Program-made: the position numbers and the translations under genes
Shown here: piece after piece, positions 35,329-47,097 of the stretch
Layout: every line of letters starts with the position of its first letter
Numbering within the stretch: position 1 is the first letter of the stretch
Notes under the pieces: generated by a model
Database searches by the model: none
Told to the model about the DNA's origin: nothing
The model's input: only the letters and a program-made list of their open reading frames with translations
Source: Rebecca billardiae RCC1528
Lineage: Eukaryota; Protista; Haptophyta
Length of the DNA stretch: 64,000 nt
Assembly: GCA_965240325.2 (NCBI GenBank)
Contig: OZ251245.1
Span: forward strand, 434,001 to 498,000
Reading direction: 5' to 3'

Positions 35329-37898
35329 CATCCAACCGGAGTGCACTCGAGCGAAAACGTGCGCGGCGAGGCCACTTTCACACGGGGTGGCGAGGCCACT
35401 TCGAGGGTGGCCTCGCCGCGGTGGCGAGGCCACCCTTCGTCGTCTTGCTACGGCAGAACTTTTAGAAACGAAAGTGCCGCCTCCGCGCGCCCCATCTTCG
35501 TGCACGGCGGCGAGGGGCGCGCGGGGGCGCCGGCTCGCGATCCGAAGGGCAGTAGCTCGCGACCTCGCGTGGGCTGCGGCAGCGGCGCTGTGGCATGCCA
35601 GTCGCCTTCCGCGCGTCTGTGTGCGATCGCGCGCTCCCGCTCGTCGCCACGCCGCGCGCGACCGTTCACGCCACGGCCTTCCACGCTGCTTGCAGACCCT
35701 TGCGAGCACACGGCCGCGGAGAGCCCAGAGCGCCCGCCGCGAGCGCGACGCACTGCTAGGATGTGATGTACTGATAGCCACGCTGACATGCGCTTGCGTT
35801 CCCCTGAGTGCAGCCCACATCCAGACCATTTCCTACCGCTGCACGAGAGTCCATGGTCTATCACACGACCATCGACCTGTGGACATTACTGCAGCTGCCC
35901 ATGATCATCGCACGTATCTCGTGGGCCAAAGCGTGCCTCGTAGGGCCAGTGCACTACCAGTACAACACATCCCAGCAGTGCGTCGCGCTCGCGGCGGGCG
36001 CTCTGGGCTCTCCGCGGCCGTGTGCTCGTAAGGGTCTGCAAGCAGCGTGGAAGGCCGTGGCGTGAACGGTCGCGCGCGGCGTGGCGACGAGCGGGAGCGC
36101 GCGATCGCACACAGACGCGCGGAAGGCGACTGGCATGCCACAGCGCCGCTGCCGCAGCCCACGCGAGGTCGCGAGCTACTGCCCTTCGGATCGCGAGCCG
36201 GCGCCCCCGCGCGCCCCTCGCCGCCGTGCACGAAGATGGGGCGCGCGGAGGCGGCATTTTCGTTTCTAAAAGTTCTGCCGTAGCAAGACGACGAAGGGTG
36301 GCCTCGCCACCGCGGCGAGGCCACCCTCGAAAGTGGCCTCGCCACCCCGTGTGAAAGTGGCCTCGCCGCGCACGTTTTCGCTCGAGTGCACTCAACCGGT
36401 CCAGACCTCGGGATTTGCCAGCCCAAACCCAAAACCCACCCCAGGCTTGCAAACCAAGCCCCCCAAAACCCCTCGCGCGGCGAAAGGCACCGTCCCTTAG
36501 GAGTCGATGCCTTCCGGGAGCTCTTTGAATACGCGTTGCGCGTGCGCGGGCACTCCCGGACAGCCGCCGCCAAGAAGGCCAGCCGCCGCCAGCCTGCGCG
36601 GCGCGCGCGCCCTGCTCGGTCGTCCGCCGCGGCGCGTGCGCGTCGAGGCGCATGACGGGCTTTGCCGTGCACGTCGTGCCCGTGCTCGCGGCTCATGCAC
36701 GCCTCACGACCGAGATGCATGTCTTGCGCGCCCTCCTTTGGCTCGCACTGCGGTCTCCTCGCCGACAGCCTTGTGATCACGCGCGCCGCCATTTCAACCG
36801 GTTGCTGGTCTGCCAGCTGTCGAGCGTGTGTGTGCGGTCTGATCGATGTCGGCATGGCTGCCGGCGAAGCAGTGATATTGAGTACACCCATGCCCATCTC
36901 GCAGAAGCGAAAAAGCCGACCTTTGAATGTCCCAGGGGCGCACGCGTGCCCATCACGCTCGTCGGACAGGCCTTCTCCAGAACTGCGCTTGCCATCCGGC
37001 AGGTCTCTGCGCGCGGAGAGGGCGGCGAGGGCGTCGGCGAGGCGGCACGATTGCTGCCTACGGGTCTTCTAGCCCCCACAAAGTGCCCGCGCACGGCTGT
37101 CACGCCCGCATGCGGCCTTGGGAGCGCTGCGCAGGCGGGCCCTCGCGTCGCCCAGTGCTCGCCATCCCGTTTTGGGGGGCTTGGTTTGCAAGCCCCAGGT
37201 GGGTTTCCGGGTGGAAATCTGGGCGCCGCGCTCCCGGACTCAGCTGAACGCCGCCGCCGCCGCCACCTCGCTCTCGCCTACCGCCGCCAGGGCGAGGCCG
37301 CGCGATGTCCAGTAGAGCTTCCGATGGGACGCAGCGGGGCGGTAGCGAGGCGGTGAACTACTGTAGCTTGCGCGTGGCGCAGCGCTTCGCGCCCTCGCAC
37401 CTCGAAGGTCAGCTTGAGGCCCGCGCGAGCACGAGCTTGCGAAGCCGCCGCATTCAGCCAGAGACATGGGCGCCTTGCCTGCCGAGGCAGCAGAGAGGCA
37501 CGCACGCGCGGGAAGCCGCTGGGCACCATGGCGCGCGCCTACGACCGTACTGTAACATGGCTCACACATTCCTGGGATGCGCGCCTCGGGTTGCTCTCAG
37601 CGCGCGCATACTTTGCGGGGATGACAGCACGGCTGAAGTGAGAGGCGGCGCACACGTCCGTGCGGGCTCAAGGCGCGGAGAAGATGGGCAGACGCGAGTC
37701 GCCCGGCGCAGGGCGGCGCAGAAAGGCTCTATGCATCTGCCCGACGGCGTGCGCCATCGCCGCGTGCACGTCTGCGACCACGGCGGCGCGGCAGCCGGCG
37801 GCGCCTCGCGGCGGATGGCTGTGGCGGCGCACGCGGCGCACACGGCGGGTTTTGAATTTCCGAGTTTCCCAAATCCTGAGGTCTGGACCGGTTGGATG
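35329..37898. mobile_element. TIR element (CATCCAACCGGTCCAGACCTCRGGATTTG termini, TGTT target duplication) whose left TIR is interrupted by a foldback insertion
   Basis: The right TIR 37870-37898 reverse-complements 35329-35339 joined to 36400-36417. TGTT flanks both ends (35325-35328, 37899-37902). An additional internal IR pair lies at 36432-36469 / 37169-37206. Confidence 0.7.
35340..36392. mobile_element. Foldback/MITE-like element with about 440-bp inverted arms and about 175-bp spacer
   Basis: Arms about 35340-35777 and 35953-36392 are near-perfect reverse complements. CAACCGG is duplicated at 35333-35339 and 36393-36399. Subterminal GGCGAGGCCAC repeats are present. Confidence 0.85.
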
Positions 37899-38417
37899 TG
37901 TTGTGCGTTCGTCATCATACCCGGTACCATACGGTCGAGTGACGATGAAATCGCTTGCACCTGCGCCGGAGCGCCACATCGCTGCGCGCGTGCCGCGCGC
38001 GCGCACACCGCTCTGTAGCTCGCGGCGTGTCCGCAGCCAAGGGTGGCCAGGCAAGGGCCGTAGGTCGGAGTCGCCGACTCCAGCGGCGTCCGGCGCCGGA
38101 GCCTCACCTCAAGAGTAATTTTGGAGCGGCGGAGCCGGGCGCGCGCGGGGCCGGCGCCGCCGCTGTGGCGGGCCGCCGCTCGGGGGCGAGTCGCCAGTCG
38201 GGGCGTGCACTGCGTGAGCTCGTGCGGCCGCTGCCGCGCACGCCGAACGATCTGGCGTGGCGGTCTCGCGGCTTATTGACAATGGCCTTGCGCGCCACAG
38301 AAATTCCGTCCGAGCATTGTCGGAAACTCATGCATCAGAAGTCGAGTACGGCAGACGACTGACTGCTAAGACGACGTGCAGGCTCATCTGCATGCGACGA
38401 CATGCTCCGACGGCTCG

Positions 38418-39641
38418 TCAGCCCAGCGCCGCCTTCGCAGCAAAGGCGCAGCCGACGACGGCAAACAGCCCTGCGGCGAAGCGCTCGACCGCCTCGTCGT
38501 CCAGCAGCCCGCGGCTTGCGATCAGCGGCGCGAGCTGCCCGCCGACGAGCACGCCGGGCACGGTGAAGCGCACGAGGTCCCACGGGACGGCCGCCGCGAA
38601 GTCGCCGCCCGTCGCGGCGGCGAGCGCAGCGAACTGGACGGCGGCGGCGGCGGCGGCGGTGACGACGACCGTCGCGACCGACGTGCCCGCCGCGAGCGGC
38701 AGCGGCATGCACTGCGTGCGCACGAGCTGTGGCAGGAGCACCTCGCCCACGCCCACGCCGAGCAGACCGGTCAGGAACGAGCCGCCCGCCGTCGCGCCCG
38801 CCGAGCCCGCCGAGCCGCGCGGCGCGGCGCGGAAGGACAGCACGCGGCCGTCAGGCAGCGCCTTTGTGCGCACCTCGCCCTCGCCATCGACGGCGCACTC
38901 GTCCGCGGCGAGCTCCGCGAGGGCCGCGGGCTTGGGCGCGAGCGAGAGAAAGGCGGCGAGGCCGAGCATCAGCGCCGCGTATACCTCGCGCAGCACGCCC
39001 GGCTCCGCCGCGACCGAGCCGGCGCACAGCGCGCCGCACAGCGCCGAGGGCACCGAGACCGCCGCAAACTGCCGCGTCGTGCGCCAGTCGACGAGCCCGC
39101 GGCGCGCGTACCCGCTCAGCCCCGAGGCGAAGCCGAAGACCTCGGTGAGGAGCGCGGAGGCAATCGCCGCCGCAGGCGACGCCAGCGGGAACTGCGGCCC
39201 CAGCGCCGGGAAGACGAGGAGGAAGATGGGCGAGAAGAGGGCGGCGCCGCCGATACCGGCGAGCTGGCAGCTGGTCGACACGCACGCCGCCACCGGCAGC
39301 ATGAACGCGTAGCGCAGCGGGTCGGCGAGCGCGGGGGCGTCGGCGAGCGCGGCGCTGCTCGCATCCGCCGCGAGGGCGGAGAGGTCCGCGGCGAGCGAGG
39401 GCGCGGCGGCGGCGGGCAGGTCGAGGAGCATCCGCGGCGTGGTGCGTTCGCGCAGCAGCTTAGCCCGGCGCCACGCGCCTTGGCTGGTCAGGGGCAGCGC
39501 GTGGCGAGCGGCGGCGCCCGCCAGCGGGCACCGACTGCCTGGCTGAGGGCACGCAGGCCGTCCGAACGCGCCGCGAGCATTGCTCGGCACGCCGCTGAAC
39601 GCGATTGCTGCGAGCAGCGCGGCGGCGGCGGCGGACGCCAT
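38418..39641 (-). CDS. TauE/SafE (sulfite exporter, TSUP) family membrane protein, probable plastid-targeted
   Basis: GIGGAALFSPIFLL and GLLGVGVGEVLLP repeat motifs, multiple TM helices, and a signal peptide followed by an Arg/Ala-rich transit-like region. Confidence 0.85.
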   Translation of the reverse strand: MASAAAAALLAAIAFSGVPSNARGAFGRPACPQPGSRCPLAGAAARHALPLTSQGAWRRAKLLRERTTPRMLLDLPAAAAPSLAADLSALAADASSAALADAPALADPLRYAFMLPVAACVSTSCQLAGIGGAALFSPIFLLVFPALGPQFPLASPAAAIASALLTEVFGFASGLSGYARRGLVDWRTTRQFAAVSVPSALCGALCAGSVAAEPGVLREVYAALMLGLAAFLSLAPKPAALAELAADECAVDGEGEVRTKALPDGRVLSFRAAPRGSAGSAGATAGGSFLTGLLGVGVGEVLLPQLVRTQCMPLPLAAGTSVATVVVTAAAAAAVQFAALAAATGGDFAAAVPWDLVRFTVPGVLVGGQLAPLIASRGLLDDEAVERFAAGLFAVVGCAFAAKAALG

Positions 39642-40043
39642 GGCACTGGTAGTAGTATCGAGTCGATGACACGGCGGGCGGCGAAGGCGTGAAGCTTCGA
39701 GCAGAATCCACCCGCCATCGTCAAAGCATCATCACCCAAATTGACCAAGGGCCCTTGCATTGACGGCAGAATGATCGCGCCTCCGGATGCGGCTCATCGC
39801 CGCCGTGCTGCAGTGCGCGATGAAATCGCTCGCAAGGGCGGTAGTACGTCTCGCTGCATATACGTCAAGGCGTCATCATCTAGTACAGTTTAGAAGGCAA
39901 TGTTACCAACGGCGGCGGAGGCGCATGCATGCTGCTGCCCCGCGCGACGGCAGGCTGCTGGCGGTCCACCACGCGCGCAAGGGCACCGGCACGGGCCGCG
40001 CGCGCGCAGCCCGCGCCGCCGCTCCACGGGAGCCTACGCCGCC

Positions 40044-41960
40044 CTACGCGGCGCCGGGCGCGATGGACTCCCACGGTGCCGTCGAGCGCACGCGCCCGTT
40101 GATGGCGAAGCCCTCGCCCACGCCGAAGCAGCGCAGCGACTCGGTGCGCCGGCGCAGGTCGTCGGCGCCGCCGCTCGCGCGCGCGTCCTCGTCCACGCTG
40201 CGCACGCGGATCAGCGAGAGCAGCATCAGCTTGAACTTGAGCGGCGAGACCGAGGTGGCGCGCACGACGCACTCCGCGCTCGGTCGGGAAATGTCCAGAA
40301 GTTTCCACTGCGGCTCCGAGAAGCGCACCGTCGGGTCGGTCGCGTTGATCAGCGCGACGGGCGCGCCGGGCGCGTCGTGCGGCGTGCACGCGCAGCCCGA
40401 GACGCAGCGCAGCTCGATCGCGCCGAAGTCCTTGTACGACTGCATGTAGGTCACGATCAGCCAGTCGGCACCGCGCGCGTCGAGAGCCCACTCGACCGCC
40501 GCGCCGCGCGCGTCCGCCTGCAGCGCGGGCAGCCGCGCGACCTTGGACTTGGTGATCTCCGTGCGCACGGCCCAGCCTGAGTTGGCGCGCGCGGTGGCGA
40601 GCATCTCGCTCACGTCCACGCAGATCCCGCCGTCGTCGTACGCGTGCACGCCCTCCTCGCCCTCGCCGCCGTCGCCGCCGCGCTGCGCGGCCGCGCCCAG
40701 CCCGCCGTTCACCTCGTACAGCGGCTCTGGCAGCGCGCGCGGCGGGAGCGGCGGTCTCGGCGGCCGCGGCGCGCCCGCGTGGCGCGCGGCGCGGAAGCGC
40801 GCGGCGACGCGCTCGGCGGTGGTGTCGAGCAGCGCGATCGTGTGCGCCGCGAGCCACGCGTGCCCGCCCTCGTTCGGGTGGTTCAGGTCCGCGTGCAGCG
40901 TGCCGGCCGCGCCCTTGGACGAGTCGGCGACGCCGTGCTCGCGGTCGTAGCACCAGGACTCGCCGGCGGCGCACCGCTCGGCAAAGGCGATGGTCATGGC
41001 GAGCGTGGGGATGGCGTAGTGCGCGCCGAGCTCGCGCAGGCCGTCCTGCGCCTTGCGCAGCACCGCGAGCCCGCCCGTCGGGTGGTACGTCTTCGGCAGC
41101 CACAGCAGCATCAGCACGGCGAGCGAGCGCCGCGCGAGCGCCGCGTGCATGATCCGCTCCTGCAGGCAGAGCATGCGGCCGCCGCCATTCACTGCCTGCT
41201 CGTGCAGCAGCAGGTCGACGCCGCCGAGCGCGCGGCCGAAGCAGGCGGCCATGAAGAGGAGCGGCTTGGACGAGATCACCGTGCGCACCTGCCCGGGGAA
41301 CGCGTGCTCGAACCACTGCACCACCAGGCAGCGCCACGAGTTGCGCGGGTAGCACTGGCGCGCGGCGACCGAGAGCTCGGCGGCGCTCGACTCGGCCGTC
41401 GTGCCGGGCTCGGAGGCGTCGAGGCCGACGGGGCGCGCGGGGCAGTCGTGCGCGTGCAGCCGGGCGCGCTCGCGCGTGCCGCAGTGCGCGTACACGTCGC
41501 CGCCGCGCTCCAGCCGCCCGTTGTACCCCTCGCACCCGCGCGCGACCGTCTCGGCCGGCAGCATCCACGGGTGCGCGAGCGCGGGCGCGGGCGTGGTCTC
41601 GCAGCTGTAGCACTCGGGCGCGGCGCCCGAGCCGCGCGTGACCGAGTCGCCGAGGAAGTACACCGTCACGCGCTCCCCGCGGAGCAGCTTGTCGAACACG
41701 CGCTCCAGCCGCAGCAGCGAGCGCGAGCCCTGGTGCGCGCTCAGCCACGCGCTCGGCTGCTCGCCGCGCACGGGAACGTGCGCGGTCAGGCCGGGCCGCC
41801 AGTGCAGGTCGCACCAGGTGGGCGGCTCGACGTCGACGGGCTCGGGCTCCGCCGCCACGCCCAGCGCCGCGAGCACCGCGCACCACGCCGCCGCGCCGAG
41901 CGCGCGCACTCGGCGCGATGGCCGTTGAGCAGCCATCGCCCGCGAGGCGGCGGCTGCCAT
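40044..41960 (-). CDS. Secreted SGNH/GDSL-type hydrolase-like protein
   Basis: FLGDSVTRG (block I), EQAVN (block III-like), DLNHPNEGGH (block V); hydrophobic leader; Cys-rich insert; ATG at 41960 or 41936. Confidence 0.8.
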   Translation of the reverse strand: MAAAASRAMAAQRPSRRVRALGAAAWCAVLAALGVAAEPEPVDVEPPTWCDLHWRPGLTAHVPVRGEQPSAWLSAHQGSRSLLRLERVFDKLLRGERVTVYFLGDSVTRGSGAAPECYSCETTPAPALAHPWMLPAETVARGCEGYNGRLERGGDVYAHCGTRERARLHAHDCPARPVGLDASEPGTTAESSAAELSVAARQCYPRNSWRCLVVQWFEHAFPGQVRTVISSKPLLFMAACFGRALGGVDLLLHEQAVNGGGRMLCLQERIMHAALARRSLAVLMLLWLPKTYHPTGGLAVLRKAQDGLRELGAHYAIPTLAMTIAFAERCAAGESWCYDREHGVADSSKGAAGTLHADLNHPNEGGHAWLAAHTIALLDTTAERVAARFRAARHAGAPRPPRPPLPPRALPEPLYEVNGGLGAAAQRGGDGGEGEEGVHAYDDGGICVDVSEMLATARANSGWAVRTEITKSKVARLPALQADARGAAVEWALDARGADWLIVTYMQSYKDFGAIELRCVSGCACTPHDAPGAPVALINATDPTVRFSEPQWKLLDISRPSAECVVRATSVSPLKFKLMLLSLIRVRSVDEDARASGGADDLRRRTESLRCFGVGEGFAINGRVRSTAPWESIAPGAA

Positions 41961-42162
41961 CTTTGCGCGTCCGTGCTGTGAGGGCGGGCGTTGCGGCAAT
42001 TGGTTGCGGGTTGCCTTGGCGCGGGGCGCACCCAGCCGACTCAAGGGCGTTCCCGGGATCCTGCCACACGCTCCGCGAGGGGTTTTGGCCCCCTGGGGGC
42101 CAAAACCCTCCCGGACTGGCGCTGCGCCAGTGGCGGCCGCCAACCCGGACTGCAGCGCACCA

Positions 42163-43063
42163 GCGCTTGGCGCGCGCGCGGCGCGGCGCGCTGCGGCCGT
42201 CGAGTTGCCGTGCGAAGGCGGCGCGTTGCTTGCGTGGCATCGGAACACGACCATGCTCCGCACTGCGCCCCGCAGCTCGCTCCTCGTCGACTTTGCCGCG
42301 CCTACGATCAGCGCGCATGCGAGCGTCGCGTCGGAATGAGCAGCCCGCGCCGGCCTCAGCCGTGAGCGCCCGCCTGGCGCGCGATGCGATCAACTCGGGG
42401 CACGAGCTGCGGCTGAGCGAGGAAGCATGTGCCTGCGCGCAAGCCGCGCCGCCTTGAGACACCGATCGTGAGCAGGGCATGCACCTTGCACGCAACGTTT
42501 CTTCTTGCCCTTGCGAATGTCGCGGTGCCCTTGAAAGGACTCCTCATCAGCGCAACTACTCAAGCATGGCATGACGGCAGCCACGCGCGCAGGCGATGCA
42601 TGGATGTACACGAGTCACTGCGCGCACACGCAACCCGAAGACTCCTATTCATCGCTTCAGGGCGCTCACGGTCTGTTGTTTCATCTCCACTGCATGCAAG
42701 GCTCGTGCAGGCTGATCGGCATTCGTTGACAGCCGTCTGAAGCTGCATCAACGCGCACGATCGATGTCTCAAGGCGGCGCGGCTTGCGCGCAGGCACATG
42801 CTTCCTCGCTCAGCCGCAGCTCGTGCCCCGAGTTGATCGCATCGCGCGCCAGGCGGGCGCTCACGGCTGAGGCCGGCGCGGGCTGCTCATTCCGACGCGA
42901 CGCTCGCATGCGCGCTGATCGTAGGCGCGGCAAAGTCGACGAGGAGCGAGCTGCGGGGCGCAGTGCGGAGCATGGTCGTGTTCCGATGCCACGCAAGCAA
43001 CGCGCCGCCTTCGCACGGCAACTCGACGGCCGCAGCGCGCCGCGCCGCGCGCGCGCCAAGCGC
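42163..43063. mobile_element. MITE/foldback-like element: about 310-bp inverted arms and about 280-bp spacer
   Basis: 42163-42473 reverse-complements 42755-43063. CCA flanks both ends (possible 3-bp TSD). It lies between two divergent genes. Confidence 0.8.
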
Positions 43064-43302
43064 CCATCGACGCCAGCGCGCCTTCGCGCCAAGCGCGTTT
43101 TCATTTTCCGCGCTTTGTTTCGCGCGTGAGTTTTTATTGGCGCATGACCTGTGCGGGGAACGCCCCTGGAGTCCACGTGCTTCGTCCAAGGGGGTTCCTT
43201 CGTCAGCGCGAATTCCGCTGCGGCTGAAGCACGGTGGCCGCCCGAGCGGACGGCGACGGCCGCTGGCCCCCCGCACTCATCCACGCTCCCGCCGTGCCCG
43301 CG

Positions 43303-44435
43303 ATGGACGAGGTGAACGAGGCGCTGCAGGCGCTGCGCGCAGAGGTCCTCGAGGTGCGCGAGGCGCAGGTCCAGGCCGACGCGCGCCTCGACCAGATCCA
43401 CGCGATGCTCGCGTCGCTGTGCGCGCACCAGGCGGCGGCGGCGGCGGCGGCGGCGACCGCCGGCGGCGCGCCGACGGCGGCGGCGACGGGCGGCGACGCG
43501 GCGGGCTCGCGCTCGATCGCGGCGACGGCCGTGGCGATGTCGCAGCCGCCGGTCTCGCGCGGGCCGTCGGTCTCCACCGCCGTGCAGGCCACCAACCACC
43601 CGCCCGCCGCCGCGTTTGGGTTTGTCTCTGCGGACCGCGGCGGGATGGTCGCCGCGGCCGCGGTGGGCGACAGCTCGATGGCGTCGCCGCTGGTGGGGTC
43701 GGACGACGAGGGTATGTCGGCGCTCTCGCGCCGGCCCAGCCTCCGCCCCGCCGAGGTGCGCTCCCTCCTCCGCGTGCACCTCATGTCTGACGACGCGCAC
43801 GAGACGCCGTCGGCGGCGTCGAGCGCCGCGCTGCGCCGGCTGCACGCGCAGCTGGAGGGCGGCGAGCTGCTGGGCAAGACGGTGGGCAACGGGGACTGGC
43901 GCGTGCTGCTCGCCAAGCTCGCCACCTCCTCCGCCGCCGAGCCCTTCCGCACCTCGACCACCCTCCTCCCGCCCAGCGGCGTCGGCATGAAGCTGTTTGG
44001 CTCGGCCTCGCAGGTGTGTGCCGGCCTGGTGCTCGACTCGGACGCGCTCGGGCTGCGCGACGAGAACTGCTTCGCGTGGCCGTCGGGGTACTACGCGAAG
44101 GTGGAGTTCAACCTGAACAAGGCGGGCGAGCTGCTCAACGGGCGCAAGGAGGCGCTCGTCACCCTCGACGCGCTGCGATCCTTCAACCAGGCGCTGGTCG
44201 CGGACGCGCACGCACGCACGCAGCCGGTGCCTTACAACGAGGTCTACGCGCCCATACACGTGCTCGCGGTGGTGGGCACGTTCGCGCGCACGCCGGCGTG
44301 CGAGCACGTGCTCTTCGCGCTCGGCGTGGCGCAGCAGGTCAGCGCGCTCAAGGCGCGCGCGCTCGCCAAGATGAGCCGCCGCGCGAGCGCAATGCCGGCC
44401 GATGCGGCGGCCGCCGCGGCCGCAGCCAACGACGA

Positions 44436-44471
<36 letters not shown>

Positions 44472-44893
44472 CGCTGACGGCGCGGAGCCGGCGGAGGCGT
44501 CGAGCGTCGCGCTCGCGCCGCCCGGCGTGCCCGAGCCCGAGATCCCCGTGCTCCTCATCACGCCCGAGTTCGGCGGGCGCGTGCTCTCCGCCGCCGCGCT
44601 CGCCCGCGTCGCCCGAGACTACCTGGCTGTGGGCGACACGACCAACACAGCCACGCGCTCCAGCCGGTACCCGATCGAGCTGCCGCCGGCGGTGAGCAAG
44701 GAGATGTCCGCGCGGGAGGAGGCGACGTTCTACGGCGCGTACGGCTGCACGCAGCGCGCGCTCAAGCGCCTCCTCGCGCGGATCGACGGCGAGGCGAAGG
44801 CGGCCGCGGCGCGCACCTCGATTGCAGAGGAATCGGCCGGCGGCGGCGCCGCCACGCCCGCCTTCGGCACGCCGGCGCTGGACGGATTGGGGG

Positions 44894-44924
<31 letters not shown>

Positions 44925-46374
44925 GGTGCCGCGCTGCTCGTCGGTCGGCTCGTTCGCCTCGGCGAAGGACGAGCCGGGCCGCGCGGGCGGCGCGGACGAC
45001 GCCGCCGCCGACCCGGCGGGCGGCGGCAGCGGCACTGACGAGCTGGACCAGGCGCTCGCGCTGCTGCGGCCGCTGGACAGCGCAGACGACGGGCTGGCGG
45101 TGGCGGCGCGCGCGGCGCTGCGCGCGGGGAACCCCGAGGCGCTGCGCACGGTGATTCGGTTCGCGCTCGAGCGGCTGGCGACCACGGCGGAGGGCAAGGC
45201 GGAGCTCCGCCTCTCGGGCGTCGGCTTCGCCATCCACGACACGCCGTTCAGCGTCGGCGGCGGGGGCCCGCTCTCAGCGCGCGCCGACGACGCGTCCGGG
45301 CGCCTCTCGGGCGTGGGGATCGACGAGCGGGAGCAGCGGGCGCCGCTGCTCGCGCCGCTGGGCGCGTACCACGCGACGCGCGCGCTGCTGATCGGCGTGA
45401 CCTCGCAGCGCCTGCAGGCCGTCTGCTTCACCGTCGCCGAGTGGCTGCGCAAGGCGCCCTCCTCCACGTTCAGAGTCGCCTCGTGGATGGAGGGGCGGAA
45501 GACTTGCCGCTTCTGCAACTCCGTGCACCTCAACCAGTCGCGGATCTCGGCGTACCTGGGCGACAAGGCGATCAACAACCGCTCGCTGTTCTACAACCAG
45601 CTGCTCGAGCTGGGGCACATCAGCACGCCGCGCCCCTTCTTCTCCAAGCTGTGCGAGATGGTGCGCGGCTCATCACGCGCACACGCGCACGCACACGCGC
45701 GCACGCGCCGAGCGCGCGCGCTCGCTGGGCCGATTGTGACAGGGCCGCGGCGCGCACACACACCGCGCGCCGGGCCGCGTCGTGACAAGGCGCCGTGCCG
45801 CCGCCTTGTCGAGGGGGCCGCCCTCGTGACAAGGCGCCGTGCCCGCCTTGCTCTGGGCAGGGACGGCAGAGCGCCCCCCCCCCCTCGCCCCTGGGCCAGC
45901 CGACTGACGCGCCGCGCCGCGCCGGCCCGCGTCCCGCGCCACGCGCGCCACGCGCGCCCGCGCCCGCTCGGTGTGCAGGTGGCCAAGATGAACACGCCTG
46001 TGTTCCGGCTCGAGCTGCTGCAATACGTGCTCGGCCTCGACTGCCGCTTCACCCTCGACGTGCTGCGCGAGGCCCTCTCCTTTGCGCTCGAGTGCGCGCA
46101 GCGGTACGAGCCCTTGCTCGCGCGCAAGGACGGCAGCCATTTTGAGCACGACCTCGGCTCGGGCGCAGAGTCGGACCGCGAGCACCCGCAGGGCGCGGAC
46201 GGCGACGGCGGCGCGGGGCGGCGCGACGACGTGCTCGGCGCGCTCAGCGGCGGCGGCGGCGGCGGCGGCGGCGGCCTCGCGCGCGCGCGCACAGACGGCG
46301 CCTCCTCCTCCGGCGCAGGCTGGATCCCAAAGGGAATGCTCGGCGTCGCCGGCCGGCGCAACACGCTCTCCTGA
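43303..46374 (+). CDS. Uncharacterised protein: N-terminal coiled coil, putative ADP-ribosyltransferase-like domain, helical C-terminal region; exons 43303-45660, 45979-46374
   Basis: Long ORF with strong GC3 bias; motifs LRVHLM / STTLL / GLVL / AWP / YNEV / VVGTF; in-frame 318-nt GT-AG intron. Confidence 0.7.
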
Positions 46375-47097
46375 TGAGATAGGCTACAGAGCAGACAGCA
46401 GTCGTCTCTTGCAGTGACGTCTGTCGTGGGCGCGCCGTGCCGACGAGCGCGAGGCGTCGAGGGCCGGGCCGCGAAGTGCGAGCGCGCTGCCCGACGCCCG
46501 GCCGACGCGGGCCGAGCGCTCGCGCGGCCGGTGTGCGGGCGCTCGCCGCACGGTGGTATGTCGTATAGTCGGCCGACATATATATATCATGCGCAACGCG
46601 ATGACGCGCCGACGGGCGCGCGGCGCCGCGCGCGCGTGCCGCGTTGGCGCGCGACGACGATCGTCATATATCATCATGCACGCGCATATGCATATCATCA
46701 GCGCGCGCATCATCAGCATCAGCGCGCGCATCATGCTGCTTATAATTTTAATATAATAGTATTATATATTTTGTTAGCAGCGGCAGTCGTATACAGCTAG
46801 CGCTCGCAGACTATATTATACGTCGCGCTGATGCTGCTTGATGATGATACGTCGTACATATATATATATATATGTACGACGATGACAGTAGTCGCGGCTG
46901 CGTGCGCGGCGGATCGAATTCGAAGGCGACGAAGCCCGCGCGCAGGCGCGCGCTCGCCGGAGATGCATGTGATGATGAGCAGGGCTACTCGTCGCGTCGC
47001 GTCTCAGCCGTCGCGTCGTCATCACAAAGTCACGACGAGGCGCGCGCAGCCACCCGGGGTCTCGCACGCCGCCCTCTCGCCGGCGCGCGCGCGCGCG

